Positions 48,051-64,000 of a stretch of DNA of 64,000 bases are shown here, one piece after another. The stretch comes from Paraspadella gotoi (taxonomy: Eukaryota > Animalia > Chaetognatha). The position numbers were made by a program, and so were the translations under genes. The stretch is taken from NCBI GenBank assembly GCA_051294375.1, contig CM119265.1, positions 22,836,591 through 22,900,590 on the forward strand. Direction: 5' to 3'. Under the pieces are notes generated by a model that was given only the letters and a program-made list of their open reading frames with translations, was not told where the DNA came from and searched no databases. Every line of letters starts with the position of its first letter. Position 1 is the stretch's first letter.

Positions 48051-49582
48051 GACGTCGTTGGGAGTGGAGATGGAGACTGCGGATATTTCAAGTTATATTT
48101 AGAAGTTTCTTTTTTAGTATATAAAACGAAAATTGTTTCTTAGTTGTCGTTTCCGAGCTTTAGTAAATAACGATAAATGTATTTTTTTCGACAGTTTCCT
48201 TTTTTTAAGTAGCTTCCTTTCTTTCGCTCAACCAAACGGAACACGTTGCGGCCTGGCAAGAGGAGCAGAGATCCTGGAGAAAATAACAATATTAAAATAA
48301 AATTGCAACAAGAATATAAAAAAATATGTTTGGTTTCACAACAGAAAAAGAGCAACGATAACGGGAAGAAGGGAACCTTATGTTAATGTCAAATTAGATG
48401 GACGTGCAAAGAGAAAAAAATCTGGAATGCAGAATGCAGAATCGAGCATAAATTTATTATAATGAAAACGGAAAAAGGACTGCAGAGTCCGCTGCTTGTT
48501 CCACTCTGGAAAAAAATGAACAAATGGCTAACTAATTTTCGGCCCTGATTTTTATAAATATAATGAATAAATTCAACTGAATTCGTTCTATTAAAATTAA
48601 TAAAATAAAAATTAACATAGTGCATGAAGTAAAAAAAATTCGTTAAATCATTGATTTCCGGTGATTAATTTGGGCGTTCAAAATAGCAATTTTTTGACGG
48701 TGCGAAACCACGGGTCCCTTTTAAGGAGAACGAGAGTATTTTTTTACGCAAAAACCTGACCCTAACTTCGCGATGCTGTTGTAAGATTATAACAGAGAAG
48801 TCGCTCGATGGTTTGGCAGGTCCAATGGTCCACGTCTTGATCTCCTCGGTCCACTATTTCTCCGAGGCTATTATAAGCAGCTACATACTTTAAAACTAAT
48901 TGAAGGTGCAGTTATTGAACGCTAAAGCTTAAGCTCCGAGTGACATTGGAGGGGAGGATTATTTGCAATAACACTAGGACCTCATCAAACGTCCGTCCTT
49001 ATTTCATCTCTTTTATTTATTTATTTTTTTTTACCTTTTAAAATTTAATCTACCGCATTTCGCCTCTGAGTCGGTATTAAACTTAAGAAAATTAACTTAA
49101 TCTCTCACAATCTCTCACAATCTCTCCGACCGAAATCTCGACACTTCCATTCCGTGAACCCGCAGCGTCACGTTAAAGGCGTTTCAAGGTTTAAAATTCG
49201 TCCAACTGTTGAACGAATGATGGAAAAGTTTCCTGTTTTCAAAAAAAAGGAAATTTTTGAGTCTCGTTGTCATAAAGGAAAATGATTCGGAAATTTCGAT
49301 GCTAATCTTGACCCGAGGCGGATCGGGTGCGACAGTGACAGAACTTTTCAATACCGCCGGTTAAAAAATCAACCAAAAAGAATTTAGGGCAAAATGTACC
49401 CCAATCTTTCACTCGTTCGAATTTGAAAAAGTTTTTTTTTTCAAAACTCGGAAACGTGGATTAGAAATAAGTTTTTTTTCTTTTTTTTTTCTAAAAATAT
49501 CTTTGTAAATGGAAGGACAAAGATAAATAGAAAAGGGAGCAAGGGTAGAAACGAAACGGAGAGAAAGAGAGAGAGAAAGAAG

Positions 49583-49640
<58 letters not shown>

Positions 49641-49973
49641 AGTAACCTAGCATGTTCTCTCTCTTTTTGAAAGTGGCCACGTTTTTAAATTTCATAAAAA
49701 AATATAAAAGAATCCAGTCACCTCATCTCACTGGTATGATTAATGATGCTGCGAATGAACCTCATGTTTTTAACGACTTTATGATGAATTTGACACGGAA
49801 TTTGACGTTTGATCGCGTTCCCGACCGACAGGAGGCCATAAAACAAAGAAGATCGCTCCTTCGAAAAAAAAAAAAAAAAACAAACAAAGTGCGACTCTTT
49901 TTTCATCTCTTTTTCTTTTTTTTAATTCTGACCTTGATTCGTGGTTGAACGGGATGGAATGAGGTGTGAGCCG

Positions 49974-50055
<82 letters not shown>

Positions 50056-51494
50056 GGAGGGGAGAGAGAGAGGAGAAGAGAAATTGTCTCAATTAGCTGT
50101 AAAAACGTGCTGGGATTTTTATCATGCCGTAAATTGCGTTGGTAAGGCGTGCCGAGGCTCGAGCTGTACTTCCACGTTCAGAAAATATTGAAACCACCCA
50201 CGCCCAAAAGGATTCGTCAGACAAAAGCTTGTACGTAATCGTTTCAGTTTTAGAGCAAACGGTTAGTTATAACCAAATAACGAACCAAGTACAGATTTAT
50301 CTAACATATTTTAAAAGAATACAAGGAGATATAATGTATAATCATTAATAAACAAAAAAAAAAAAAATGAACGTAGAATGGTAGCTTCGTATTATAAATG
50401 GAGAATCGCTAACGAGATTCCTTTCCTTAGTTAATCAGATTAAAGACTTCAAATATTTCACTGGGTCGGGTTCAATTAAGGGACACACCGGCTTTGCCGC
50501 ATGCGTTTGGATCGTTTAAGAATTCCCGATTGCGATTCCCATGCCATGCAAAAGCGATTAATATAACCTCCTCGCTGTAATTTTCTTATAATGCGTCCAA
50601 GTCCTTATAATTATATAAAAGTAAATGAATTATTATTTACTCTCTTAGCGTTTGAAACTCGATATTTACGACGCTGTTAATTTTATTCAAAAGGTGAAAA
50701 CGAATTAATGCGCTAGATCTCTCTTTCTCTCCCACTTTTCCTCTATTATAAAATTTACAAATTAATTAAAGTTTGAGGAAAAATAATAGAATTATTTCGC
50801 TTGATAAAAGCCACGTGCTACTTTCTGCATCACTCAGTCATAATTCCAACCGGGTTTGAACTTCTCCCCTTTAAAATTGTTATATATATCTTTTCAACTC
50901 CTCATTTCATCGTCTCTTCGTCTACGAACTTCATTCGTTTCTTATGTTTTCGATCATCTCCTCTTTCTCGCACATCCTTACCTGCTTATCTCCTTCCCTC
51001 CTTACTCATTACCTTATCCCAACCTAATCTCTTAATCTCCTCGCCACATATCATCATCTTCTCATGTCTTTATTTCCTCATTTACTTACACCATTCCAAC
51101 CTCATCTCTTCATCTTTTTTCAACTTCATTTTCTCATCTCCTCGTCTCTCTCCAACCTCATCTAATCGCTTTCCCTACGTCATCTCCTCACCTTATCTTA
51201 TTTCAGCATTCCATCCTCATCTCCTCATTTCTTCTTCTTCTTCTTCTTCTTCTTGTTCTTCTTCTTCCTCTAAATTTCTTTTCTCGAGTCGTTGGTGGCT
51301 GATCTCATAGCAGACGACGAGTTTTGGCGGCGACTATATTTGTGGATAAGGCTCTAAGTGAGCTGAAGACTAATATCTGTAACTTCTATGTCCCCTCAGC
51401 AGTCATGGAAGGGGACCTGGGCTTGGAGGCTGGCTTGACGGTTTTCCAGGCCCCAAGGCGGCTTACGGCCGGACTCACGCTTCCCGCAGGTTCA

Positions 51495-51553
51495 ATCCCA
51501 ACCCGGTACCTAGTGGACATTAGGTGATGGCTTTACTCAATGAGCCACCGGGT
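51495..51553 (-). mobile_element. tRNA-derived SINE head, copy 2
   Basis: Shares the 20-mer ggctttactcaatgagccac (51529-51548 vs 25162-25181) and aacccggtacc (51500-51510 vs 25132-25142) at near-identical spacing with copy 1. Confidence 0.6.
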
Positions 51554-52522
51554 CATGACTGAAGGTATCATGCTAATAGGCGGGGTGAACAACTGCAATG
51601 CCCGACTACATATTATTGTTTCTAGTCCTCGTGTTTTGGCCAGGTATTAGGTTTGTTCGCCAGTTTGGGGGGGGGGATTATTTCGACGCTTAATAGGCTG
51701 GAATTGTTTTAATTCCCGAAAACATACAATTCCCTCAAAGACTCTCTGTTAAAGTACTAACCTGCGCAGTGTGCATTCGATATCTTCAGAACATACATTT
51801 ATAATCTTTTGTCATGTATGATAGTATTTTTCTTATATTTTCGTCTGTTTATTTATTTGCATTTCAATTTTTGTTTAAAAAAACAATTTTGTTCAGTTAC
51901 ACTTATTATTTTATTTTTTTTTATAGCTCTAGTAAGTAGTAAAGGATCCTAAATAATAACTTGTACAAAATCCCTGTGTAAAACATGAAAAGTCTCGCGC
52001 TTCCGACATCTCGCCCTTGTTGTCACGGGCCCGAGTTCGATCTGCTCTCAGCCATTCCCACCCCCCCCCCGAAACATCCCCGTCCTTCCCCCCCACGACG
52101 CCCCCCTTACTCGCACCCCCTGCGTTTTGTAAAAAAAAAAAAATTGGTCCGTGTCATTGTGACTCAACTTCATCTGAAGAAGAAAGAAAAAAAAATTGTA
52201 GAGAGAAAAAAAAATTATTAACAAAGAAACAAAAGAGAAAAAAAAAGTTGGTGAAAAAAAGAAAAAAAAATTGGAGGGACGGAAAATGTTGGAGCGTCAC
52301 GAACGGGCGGGTCCCTCTGTCGGGGAGTCGGCGCGATCGGGGAGAGGGGGAAAGGAAAAAAAAAAGAACAATGAAGAGTCAGAGAGAGAGAGCAGAGAGA
52401 GAGAGAGACAGAGAGCGCAGGGAAAAAAAATCACAGCTTGATCTCTATTTTTTTCTGAGCAAAGTGGAAAAAAAAAGAGGAGAGAGCTTATGTGGAACGA
52501 GAAGGGAAAAAAACGCGCGCAT

Positions 52523-52561
<39 letters not shown>

Positions 52562-52993
52562 AGAGAGAGTAAGAGAGCGGAAAGAGAAAACCTGATAACA
52601 GGTGGCGCTTTAGTGTCACGTGGTCTGTGTTTACGCCACATCGCCCGAGGGGTGGGGAAAAGAGGAAGGGGGAGGGGAAGGGTAAAGCGGGGAAGAGGGG
52701 AAGGGATTAAGAGTGAGGGAAAGTCGCTGTGACCCGAGACGGAATCGGAGAAAAGGAAGACGCGTTGAGTCAATCGCAGACTCACTCAATCCCAAAAACC
52801 AATCAACTTGTTTCCCTTCTTTTAAACTTCTGGTAACGTTCAGCATCATTCTGGCTCCCGACCAACTGTGGAAAGTGACTCCGAATTTCGTTGTCAAAAC
52901 AACAGTTTTCATTGCGTCAGATTACGTGAAACTCAGTATTAAACTAAAAGAATCGAACGAAGATAAAAGTTGAATTCATAATGTTGATGACTT

Positions 52994-55507
<2,514 letters not shown>

Positions 55508-56179
55508 TCCCTCCCCTTAACAGGGATAAAACTGGATTCATGCTACGTCGTTATGTTATGTCATGTCACGCTTGGCTTCCCAACTTCCTAATTTTTTGTA
55601 AAATAAGCGAACGTAAAAAAAAAAAAAGGAAAAAGAGAAAAAGAATAAAATCCTTTTTTTTTCAAAATATACCGTCGCGCAACTCAGACAACACACCTTG
55701 AAAAAAAAAAGCGAAAAAAAGTTAACAGATCCATTCCACAACCAGTGTGCCGGAAAATCCACAACTTGAGAGGCTAAAATCAACATTCTGTTCACGCTCC
55801 TCCAAGCTGTGCATTTTCTGGGAGCCTGGGACCAAAATTGTCTTCGAGATCTGAACGGAATCGATCGATCGATCGATCAAGCGTCGAGGATCGAATCAAT
55901 CAATTATTTCGTGACAAACTATTTTCTTTCTAATTCGTCATTGTATTAAATATATCTATTGTATTTAAGAGTATTCAATACGTTTGTATTTTATTCTCGT
56001 ATGCTTTCACGGTTATTATCTATTTATTTCTTTTGTTTATGATCATTATTGTTCCTTTCAAATTTGTTCCTTCCTCGGATCGTTTTAATTAAAATCTCTT
56101 TATATAATAGCAGCTGGTGGCAAAAGGCTCGCTTTTCAAGTCGGGGAAAAAAAAGGATGAGTGAAATTGAAAAAAAAAC

Positions 56180-56752
56180 CTATAAGTGTAGTTAGTATTA
56201 ATTTCGAATTCCAATTAATCCGCAAATTATAATCATTTACGAATGTATTAAAATTATATAAATTTCATATTTTGATAATTTACACAAAAAGAGGAATAAG
56301 GCGTAATTAAAAATACAAGAGCTATCTAAGGCTACTTATTGGACGAAATTAGATAGATAAAAACTTGTCATATAAGTAACAAGGCTGTCAAAGCGATTCT
56401 TAATTTATGGAGGTGGTGAGTTGTGAATTTGGTTAATTTGTGAGGAATGTCGCTCTGTTTCTCTTCCCAGAAGAAGAGAGGGAGAGAGAGAGAGAGACGA
56501 GAGAGAGATCGAAGAAAGAGAGAGAGAGAAGAAACAGAGAGGAAGGAAGAAGACCGCCGAGGGTCCTTCCCAAAAGATTCCCATTTTGTTTATTTTAAAA
56601 GAAGAGAATAAAAAAATACAAAAAAAGATTGGTCTTTAACCCTTAAATCGTCATATTTTTCGAACTGATCCTTGGTCTCCCCTCAGTAAAAAACCATAAT
56701 GGTTAGAAATGGGCTCGTACAACACTTGGCGTTCCATTGAGACATGGGCCAA

Positions 56753-56793
<41 letters not shown>

Positions 56794-58032
56794 AAGAGAG
56801 AGACGAAAGAGAGAAGAGAGAGAGAGAGAAGAAGAGAGAGAGAGAGGATGAATGTGAATAACGTAGACAAGATTAATTATTACTTGGCGGATGTGCGTAA
56901 ACTTACCCGACTGGTCGCGCGGGAAAGAAAGAAAGAAAAAAGAAAGAAAGGAAAAAAAGAAAAAAGGAAAAGAAAGAAAAAAGAAGAACAAAAGAAAGAT
57001 ATACAGAAAGAGAAACTGGCCGACGAGGAAATTGAAGCTTACCGTTCTTTCGTAAAATGGGATCTGACTACCTGTCTACTAATAGTTTTTGTCGTTGTCG
57101 AATTCCATCGTCTATTGTTCTTCGACGAAAAACCAAAAACTAAAAAAAAAAGAAAAAAAAAATTCTGGTCGACGAATTCGATCAAAATCTCGAACCAGTT
57201 TTTCCTCTATCAAAAATCGGTGCGACTTTTCTAAAGTTTTCGGTGAGCCGGGATCGGAGACGGGATCGGATGGTGCGTCTAGAGGATCGGGGACCGGGAT
57301 CGGGACCGGGGAGATCGAGAGATCTGAAATCGGAGAGAACCGCGATTGCGATCGAGGATCGGTCAGATTGATGGGGTCAGTATGTGTCGCGTGGAAATTT
57401 AAGGAGAAGTGGAAAGAAGGAAGGGTGTTGCGTTGAAGCAGAAGGAGGTTGCGTGAAGAAATCGAAGTGTGTGGTAAAAAGAAAAAAGTGTTGAGGAAAA
57501 AAGCTAAACTATTCGGGAGCAGGAAGATGGGAGCGTTGGTGTTGGAGTGGTTGCGCTGTTGGGTTGTTGGGTTGGTTGGGTGGTAAGAAGCAAAAGATTT
57601 GAAGCGGAGGGAACAAGAATGTGACCTCATGTTTTAGTTGGAGGATAGGAGTGAGAGAGTAGGAAATGAGGGAGTGAGAGCGTGAGAGTGAGGAATGAGG
57701 AGTAGTGAGAGAGTGAAGCAGTTGAGAGTTGAGAGTGAGGAGAGTGAGAATGAGAGAGTGGAATGAGGATGAAGAGAGTGATGAGTCGAGGGAGTGAGGA
57801 ATTGACGAGAGTGAGGGAGTGAGAGATGGGGAATGAGGAGTGGAGAGATGAGGAGTGAGGTTCTCCATCACTAAAGGTATCGAAAATCGATTTTTTTCAA
57901 TATTCCTTTCGGGGAAAAAAAAAACATAACATGTGAGAAGAACAAGAAAAAAATAAAGGAATGGCTGTGTTTTAAATATTTTGTCGACAAGACGAGCGTT
58001 TAGAAATTTCTTCCAAACTCTTTTCACGTTTT

Positions 58033-58100
<68 letters not shown>

Positions 58101-58195
58101 CTCTCTATCTCTCTCTTCTCTCTATCCTCTCTCTCTCTCCTATCCTTTCCCAAAAATGCCTTACCTGCGTNNNNNNNNNNNNNNNNNNNNNNNNN

Positions 58196-58230
<35 letters not shown>

Positions 58231-59075
58231 AAAACCGTGAAAAGAGTTTGGAAGAAATTCTAAACCTCGTCTGTCCGACTAAAACTATTTAAAAACACAG
58301 CATTCCCCCTTTTATTTTTTTCCTTGTTCTTCTCACTGTTTATTTTTTTTTCTTCCCCGAAAGAATATTGAAAAAAATCGACTTTTCGATTACCTTTAGT
58401 GACGGAGAACCCTCACTCCCTCACTCTCCCACTCCCTCATTCCCCACTCTCTCACTCCCTCACTCTCTCATTCCCTCACTCCCTCACTCCCTATAAGTGT
58501 AGTTAGTTATTAATTTCGAAATCAATTTAATCCGCAGAGATTATTAATCATTTACGAATGTATTAAAAAATTTATTATAAATTTCATATTTTTGATAAAT
58601 TTACATCAAAAAGGAATAAGGCGTAATTAAAAATACAAGAGCTATTAGGTACTTATTGGACGAAATTAGATAGATAAATTGTCATATAAGTAACAACTTC
58701 AAAGGATTCTTAATTTATGGAGGTGGTGAGTTTGTGAATTTGTTAATTTGTGGAAGGAATGGTCGGCTCTGTTCTCTTCCCAGAGAGAAGAGAGGAGAGA
58801 GAGATGAGAGAGACGAGAGAGAGAGTGAAGAGATAGAGAGAGAGAGAAGAAACAGAGAGAAGGAAGAGACCGGAGCCGAGGGTCCCAAAAAGATTCCCAT
58901 TTTGTTTATTTTCAAAGCGAAGAGAATAAAAAAATTACAAAAAAAGATTTTGGATCTTTAACCCTTAAATCGTCATATTTTTTCGAACTGTCCTTTGGTC
59001 TCCCCCTCAGAAAAAACCATATGGTTAAGAAATGGCTCGTACAACACTTGGCGATTCCATTGGAGACATGGGCCA

Positions 59076-59119
<44 letters not shown>

Positions 59120-60604
59120 GAGAGAGACGAGAAGAGAGAAGAGAGAGGAGAGAGAAGAGAGAGAGAGAGATGAATGTGAATAACGGTAGAGCCAAGATTA
59201 GATTATTTACTTTGGCGGATGTTGCGTGAAACTTACCGACTGCGTCGCTCATGCGGGAAAGAAAGAAAGAAAAAAGAAAGAAAGGAAAAAAAGAAAAAAG
59301 GAAAAGAAAGAAAAAAGAAGAACAAAAGAAAGATATACAGAAAGAGAAACTGGCCGACGAGAAATTGACTTACCGTCTTTCGTCAAATGGATCTGACTTA
59401 CCTGTCTACTAATAGTTTTTGTCGTTGTCGTTCCATCGTCTTTGTTCTTCGACGAAAACAAAACTAAAAAAAAAAGAAAAAAATTCTCGGTCGAACGAAT
59501 TCGATCAAAATCTCGAACGCAGTTTTTCTCTCTATCAAAATTATCGTGCGACTTTTCTAAAGTTTTCGGGTGAGCCCGGGATTCGGAGATCGGGGATCGG
59601 GATGCGTGGTCTAGAGGATCGGGGACCGGGAATCGGGCGACCGGGGAATCGAGAGATCGGAAATCGGAGAGAACCGGCGATTGGATCGAGGATCGGAGCA
59701 TTGATGGTTGTCAGTAGTGTCGCGTGGAAATTTAAAGGGAGAAGTGGAAAGAAGGAAGGGGTGTTGCGTTGAAGCAGAAGGAGGTTTGCGTGAAAGAAAT
59801 CGAAGTGTGTGGCTTAAATAGAAAAAAGTGTTGCAGGAAAAAAGCTAAACTATTCGGGGAGGCAGGAAGATGGGAGCGTGTGGGTGTTGGAGTGGTTGCG
59901 CTGGTTGGGGTTGTTGGGGTGGTTGGGTGGTAAGAAGCAAAAGATTTGAAGCGGAGGGAACAAGAATGTGACCTCAGTTTTAGGTTTGGGGAGGGAGTAG
60001 GAGTTGAAGAGTATGGGAATGAGGAGTTGACGAGCGTGAGAGTGAGGAATTGAGAGCAGTGAGAGAGTGAAGCAGTTAGAGAGTGGAGAGTGCAGGAGAG
60101 TGAGAATGAGAGAGTGGGAATGAGGGAGGTGAAGAGAGTGATGAGTCNNNNNNNNNNNNNNNNNNNNNNNNNTCTTTTTTTGTATTTTTTTATTCTCTTC
60201 CTTTCAAAATAACAAAATGGGAATCTTTTGGGACCCTCGGCTCCGGTCTCTCTCTCTCTCTCTCTCACTCTCTCCTCTCTCTCTCTCATCTCTCTCTCTC
60301 TCTGCCTCGTCTCTCTGGGAAGAGAACCAGAGCCGACCATTCTTCACAAATTAACAAATTCACAAACTCACCACCTCCATAAATTAAGAATCCTTTGAAG
60401 TTGTTACTTAATGACAAATTTATCTACTAATTTCGTCCAATAAGTACCTAATAGCTTCTTGTATTTTTAATTACGCTTATTCCTTTTTGATGTAAATTTA
60501 TCAAAAATATGAAATTTATAATAAACTTTTTAATACATTCGTAAATGATTAATAATCTCTGCGGATTAAATTGATTTCGAAATTTAATACTAACTACACT
60601 TATA
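56180..60604. repeat. Complex direct plus inverted duplication around two N-gaps, probably misassembly
   Basis: 56180-~57790 is repeated at 58491-60147. 58225-58490 is the reverse complement of ~57790-58035. 60173-60604 is the reverse complement of the ctataagtgtagttag start segment. Copies differ by many 1-nt indels. Confidence 0.85.
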
Positions 60605-61810
60605 GGAAAAAAAATAACGAGCATAAGTTATGGCACTGCCATAACATATTATCTCTAAAATTAATGAAAAAAATCGACGCAACATATTTGTCGAGCCGTG
60701 AGTATCACGCCTTTGCCTCCAAAGGCTTCGACGTCCAATAGAATTTGACCGACGAATCGAATCGTGGATTCGAATAAAGTCACGAGGCGAAAAGTCACGT
60801 GATCGCCATCCACCAATCGGGGAGGGGACGAAAGTCGACTGACCAATCTGAAGCCGATAAAGTATTTGGGTCAAACGAAGCGAAGGCGACAGCGGCAAAC
60901 CGACGCAAAAGAATAAAAGAATAAAAGATCTGAAATTGCGAAAATTCATTGCTGCAATTTGCGAGAAAACGGGGGAATTATTACTTTATTGAAATTTATA
61001 TAAACTTGTAAGCAATATTAATTTCTATTAAACTATTTTGTGCATTTTATAGTTTTCGTTGACTTTTTCTAATTAATTCTTCTATATATTCTTCTATATA
61101 TTTTTAATTTAATTTCTCGTCTTTGCCATTCTCCATTACCATTTCTCATATTTCCTGTTTTCAATTTTTTTAAATTCATGATTTTACATTAAAAATTAGT
61201 TTTCTATTTTGGTTTTAACTAACTAATTCATAAAAGTTAAAACATTTTAAAAACTTTTAATTCTTCCCCATTATCAATATTTTTGCTCTCTCACTCATGA
61301 TCCTGATCTTTATAAACTGTAGTGATCTTTGGCTGCTTAAAGATGAGAATCGGTCGATTGACAACATTTAACTATTTTTTTAAAATCTTCCTTCATTTTA
61401 TAATTGAATGAATTATATTTCTTTCGTTTTTCGTTTTTTACCGTTCCTGATCTTTGAACGATCTTAAACGTTATATATTTTAGTTTTTTTATGAACTAGT
61501 TCATAATTTATATTTATACCTTTACCGATACCGATTAAAAAAAAAAGAGACCAGTTATAAAATCCCGACATCTCCCGACCAGTCGGATTCCGCCTCGAAC
61601 TCTCGACCTTTGAAGTCTTAAAACCGTCAGTTCCAAATTCGCGGGGATGTTTGGAAGCCCCGACGGCCCGATCGCGAAGCCGAGCTCACTCTCCGGCCGT
61701 CGTCGACCCTCGTAATGATACAATGATGAAGGTAAACAGTTTTCTTTTTTAAAGAATAAAAAAAAGAGAAGAAAATGGTTAAGGAGTTAAAATCAAAGGA
61801 CAAACATCGT

Positions 61811-61875
<65 letters not shown>

Positions 61876-62662
61876 AGAGAGAGAGAGAAGACAAAGCCAA
61901 AAAAAAGGATGTGAGCCAGAAACAAGGAAAGGAGAAAGGACACCGACAAAGAAAATGAAGGACTTTATCAAATTCGCTTAAATGACAAAAGGTTTAAAAA
62001 AAAACGGAACTTTTCTTTTGGAAAAAAGGGTGGGAAGGCGAGAGAAAAAAAGGAATTTCATCTCTTAGTAAAATAGAATCGAGTAGTGATTTTAGAAGAG
62101 TTCGTGGTCAACGTAAAAGTTCCTTTGAAAATGCTAACAATTTTGCCTTTTTTTCCCTTCAAGTTTGGTCACCGCTGAATTACTCCTTCACAACGAACGT
62201 TGTTTATCATCTCTGCTTTGGAAAGTCGTTTGTGATAAAACACAAACCGAGGACTAAAAAAATCCATCGCTAAAATTTCCCAAATCAAAACTAAAAAAAT
62301 AGTAAATTATAGCTAAAAAAATGTTTTTGATTATTTCTTCATTCATCTCTCTTTAATTCAAAAAATAAAATAATGGTGGGCGGGGGGGGGGGGAAAGAGC
62401 TCCGATCAGCTTTTGTAAAAAATTTGGCAATAAAGGCGAGAAAAAAAATGTCCGGGTCCAGGATAAGCTTAGCCAAGCATGGCCCAACACTCAAAGAACA
62501 ATTCCCATGGCGAGAGAGAGAGAGAGNNNNNNNNNNNNNNNNNNNNNNNNNNNNNNNNNNNNNNNNNNNNNNNNNNNNNNNNNNNNNNNNNNNNNNNNNN
62601 NNNNNNNNNNNNNNNNNNNNNNNNNNNNNNNNNNNNNNNNNNNNNNNNNNNNNNNNNNNNNN

Positions 62663-62698
<36 letters not shown>

Positions 62699-63587
62699 GG
62701 CATTAACCATTTCGAATATCCAACCTGTCAAAAATAAAAGAAAAAGTTTTGTCGTCGTCGTCGTCGACGTAGTGCAATAAATAAACAAAAAAATATTTTT
62801 CCTTTTTCTTTAATCGTAAAAAAAAGTTTTAAAAAAGCTGTGAATTCGAAATCATGGTGAATAAAAGGAGACATCATCACGTTTGATGAAAGAGTCATGG
62901 GAAGAAGAAAATTAAAAAAATACGAAAATTAAATGCTTTCGGCGAAAAGTGGGTTTTTCTAAATGAAAACGGAAAAAATAAAAGGACAATGCAATCAATT
63001 AATGCTTTCAAAAGCCTCTTTCGATTTCCCTGACTTTTTTTTATTATTTCATTCGTGAGAAAATTTTAAACGTTATGATTAAAACGAATGATGAAGACGA
63101 TATGAAAGAAAAGTCATAAACCAGGAACCGCGAAATTCTCAGCTCAACATCTCGAAAGAAGTCATCAGTTCTATTAGCTACTAGCTTGGCCTTATACTTT
63201 CACAACGCCTGTCTTTTTTTAAAGCTATTGGATTTTTTAGGAGTCTTGTCTTTTTGGCTTTCTTCAACGCCTATTTGCAATTTATTAAAATTAATTAAAT
63301 TAATTTTAATTAAACGCTTAAAATTTATATAGTGAGGTAAGAGCGCGGGCGAGTTGCTTTGAGAAAACGCACAACGCTGCCTCTTTGCTTGATCGTCGTC
63401 GTCGTCGTCGTCGTCGTCGACGAGGTCGCAGCGTCGGAAAAAGAGAATGAAAAGGTTTTTCTTTCGCTCATAAACAGAAAAAAAAAAAAGAAAAGAAAAA
63501 AAAAACGGAGATTCAAAGTCGCGATTGCGAGAACGGAGAAAAAAAAACGCACTTCCCGAATTTCTGCCCATCACGCCCTCTTTTTGA

Positions 63588-63629
<42 letters not shown>

Positions 63630-64000
63630 AGAGTGAGAGAGAGAGAGTTTGAGAAAAGAAACGGAAAGTTTAAAAACCGAGAGACAGATGTTCGTCAAGA
63701 AAAGAAAGGAAGAGAAAGTTGGAAATTAAAGGGAGGAGAGTTGGGGAAAAGAGAAAAGGGGAGAGAGAGAGAAGAATAAGGAAGGAGGGGGGGGAAGGAG
63801 GGGGGGAAATGAAACCATAAGCGTCGGAGGTCGACGAACTTTGATTGCTTTTTCCGTCTCCTGCACCGTTGAGGACGCAAGATGTCGAGAACAAGAAGAA
63901 AAGAGACGAAGCAACATTGACGAAACAGATTAAAATAAAATTGAAAACCGGTTGACCATCAGGAGACGAATCGGATTCATAGCAGTTGGAATGGAGCGGT

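Overview
Eukaryotic (metazoan-type) genomic DNA: AT-rich, short GT-AG introns, very dense (AG)n microsatellites, several N-gaps and signs of long-read consensus errors. Gene models were spliced by hand with intron phases checked. They are: a coding exon of a divergent Rab6 (-) head-to-head with SCAMP (+); a prostanoid (EP4-like) GPCR (-); an unannotated 10-exon type I membrane protein (-, 18.0-27.1 kb); a small two-TM protein (+); and a three-dsRBD Loquacious/TARBP2/PACT gene (-). The type I membrane protein is the most novel candidate. Its cytoplasmic tail carries PPxY and PSAP motifs and two tandem Cys-rich modules resembling those I recall from invertebrate HECTD4/HERC2. Other notable items: a minisatellite made of an amplified splice donor, a candidate 30-nt microexon inside dsRBD2 of Loqs, prostanoid-receptor substitutions at normally conserved sites, tRNA- and 5S-derived elements, and two multi-kb duplications that look like assembly artefacts. 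Family assignments come from remembered motifs, not database searches.
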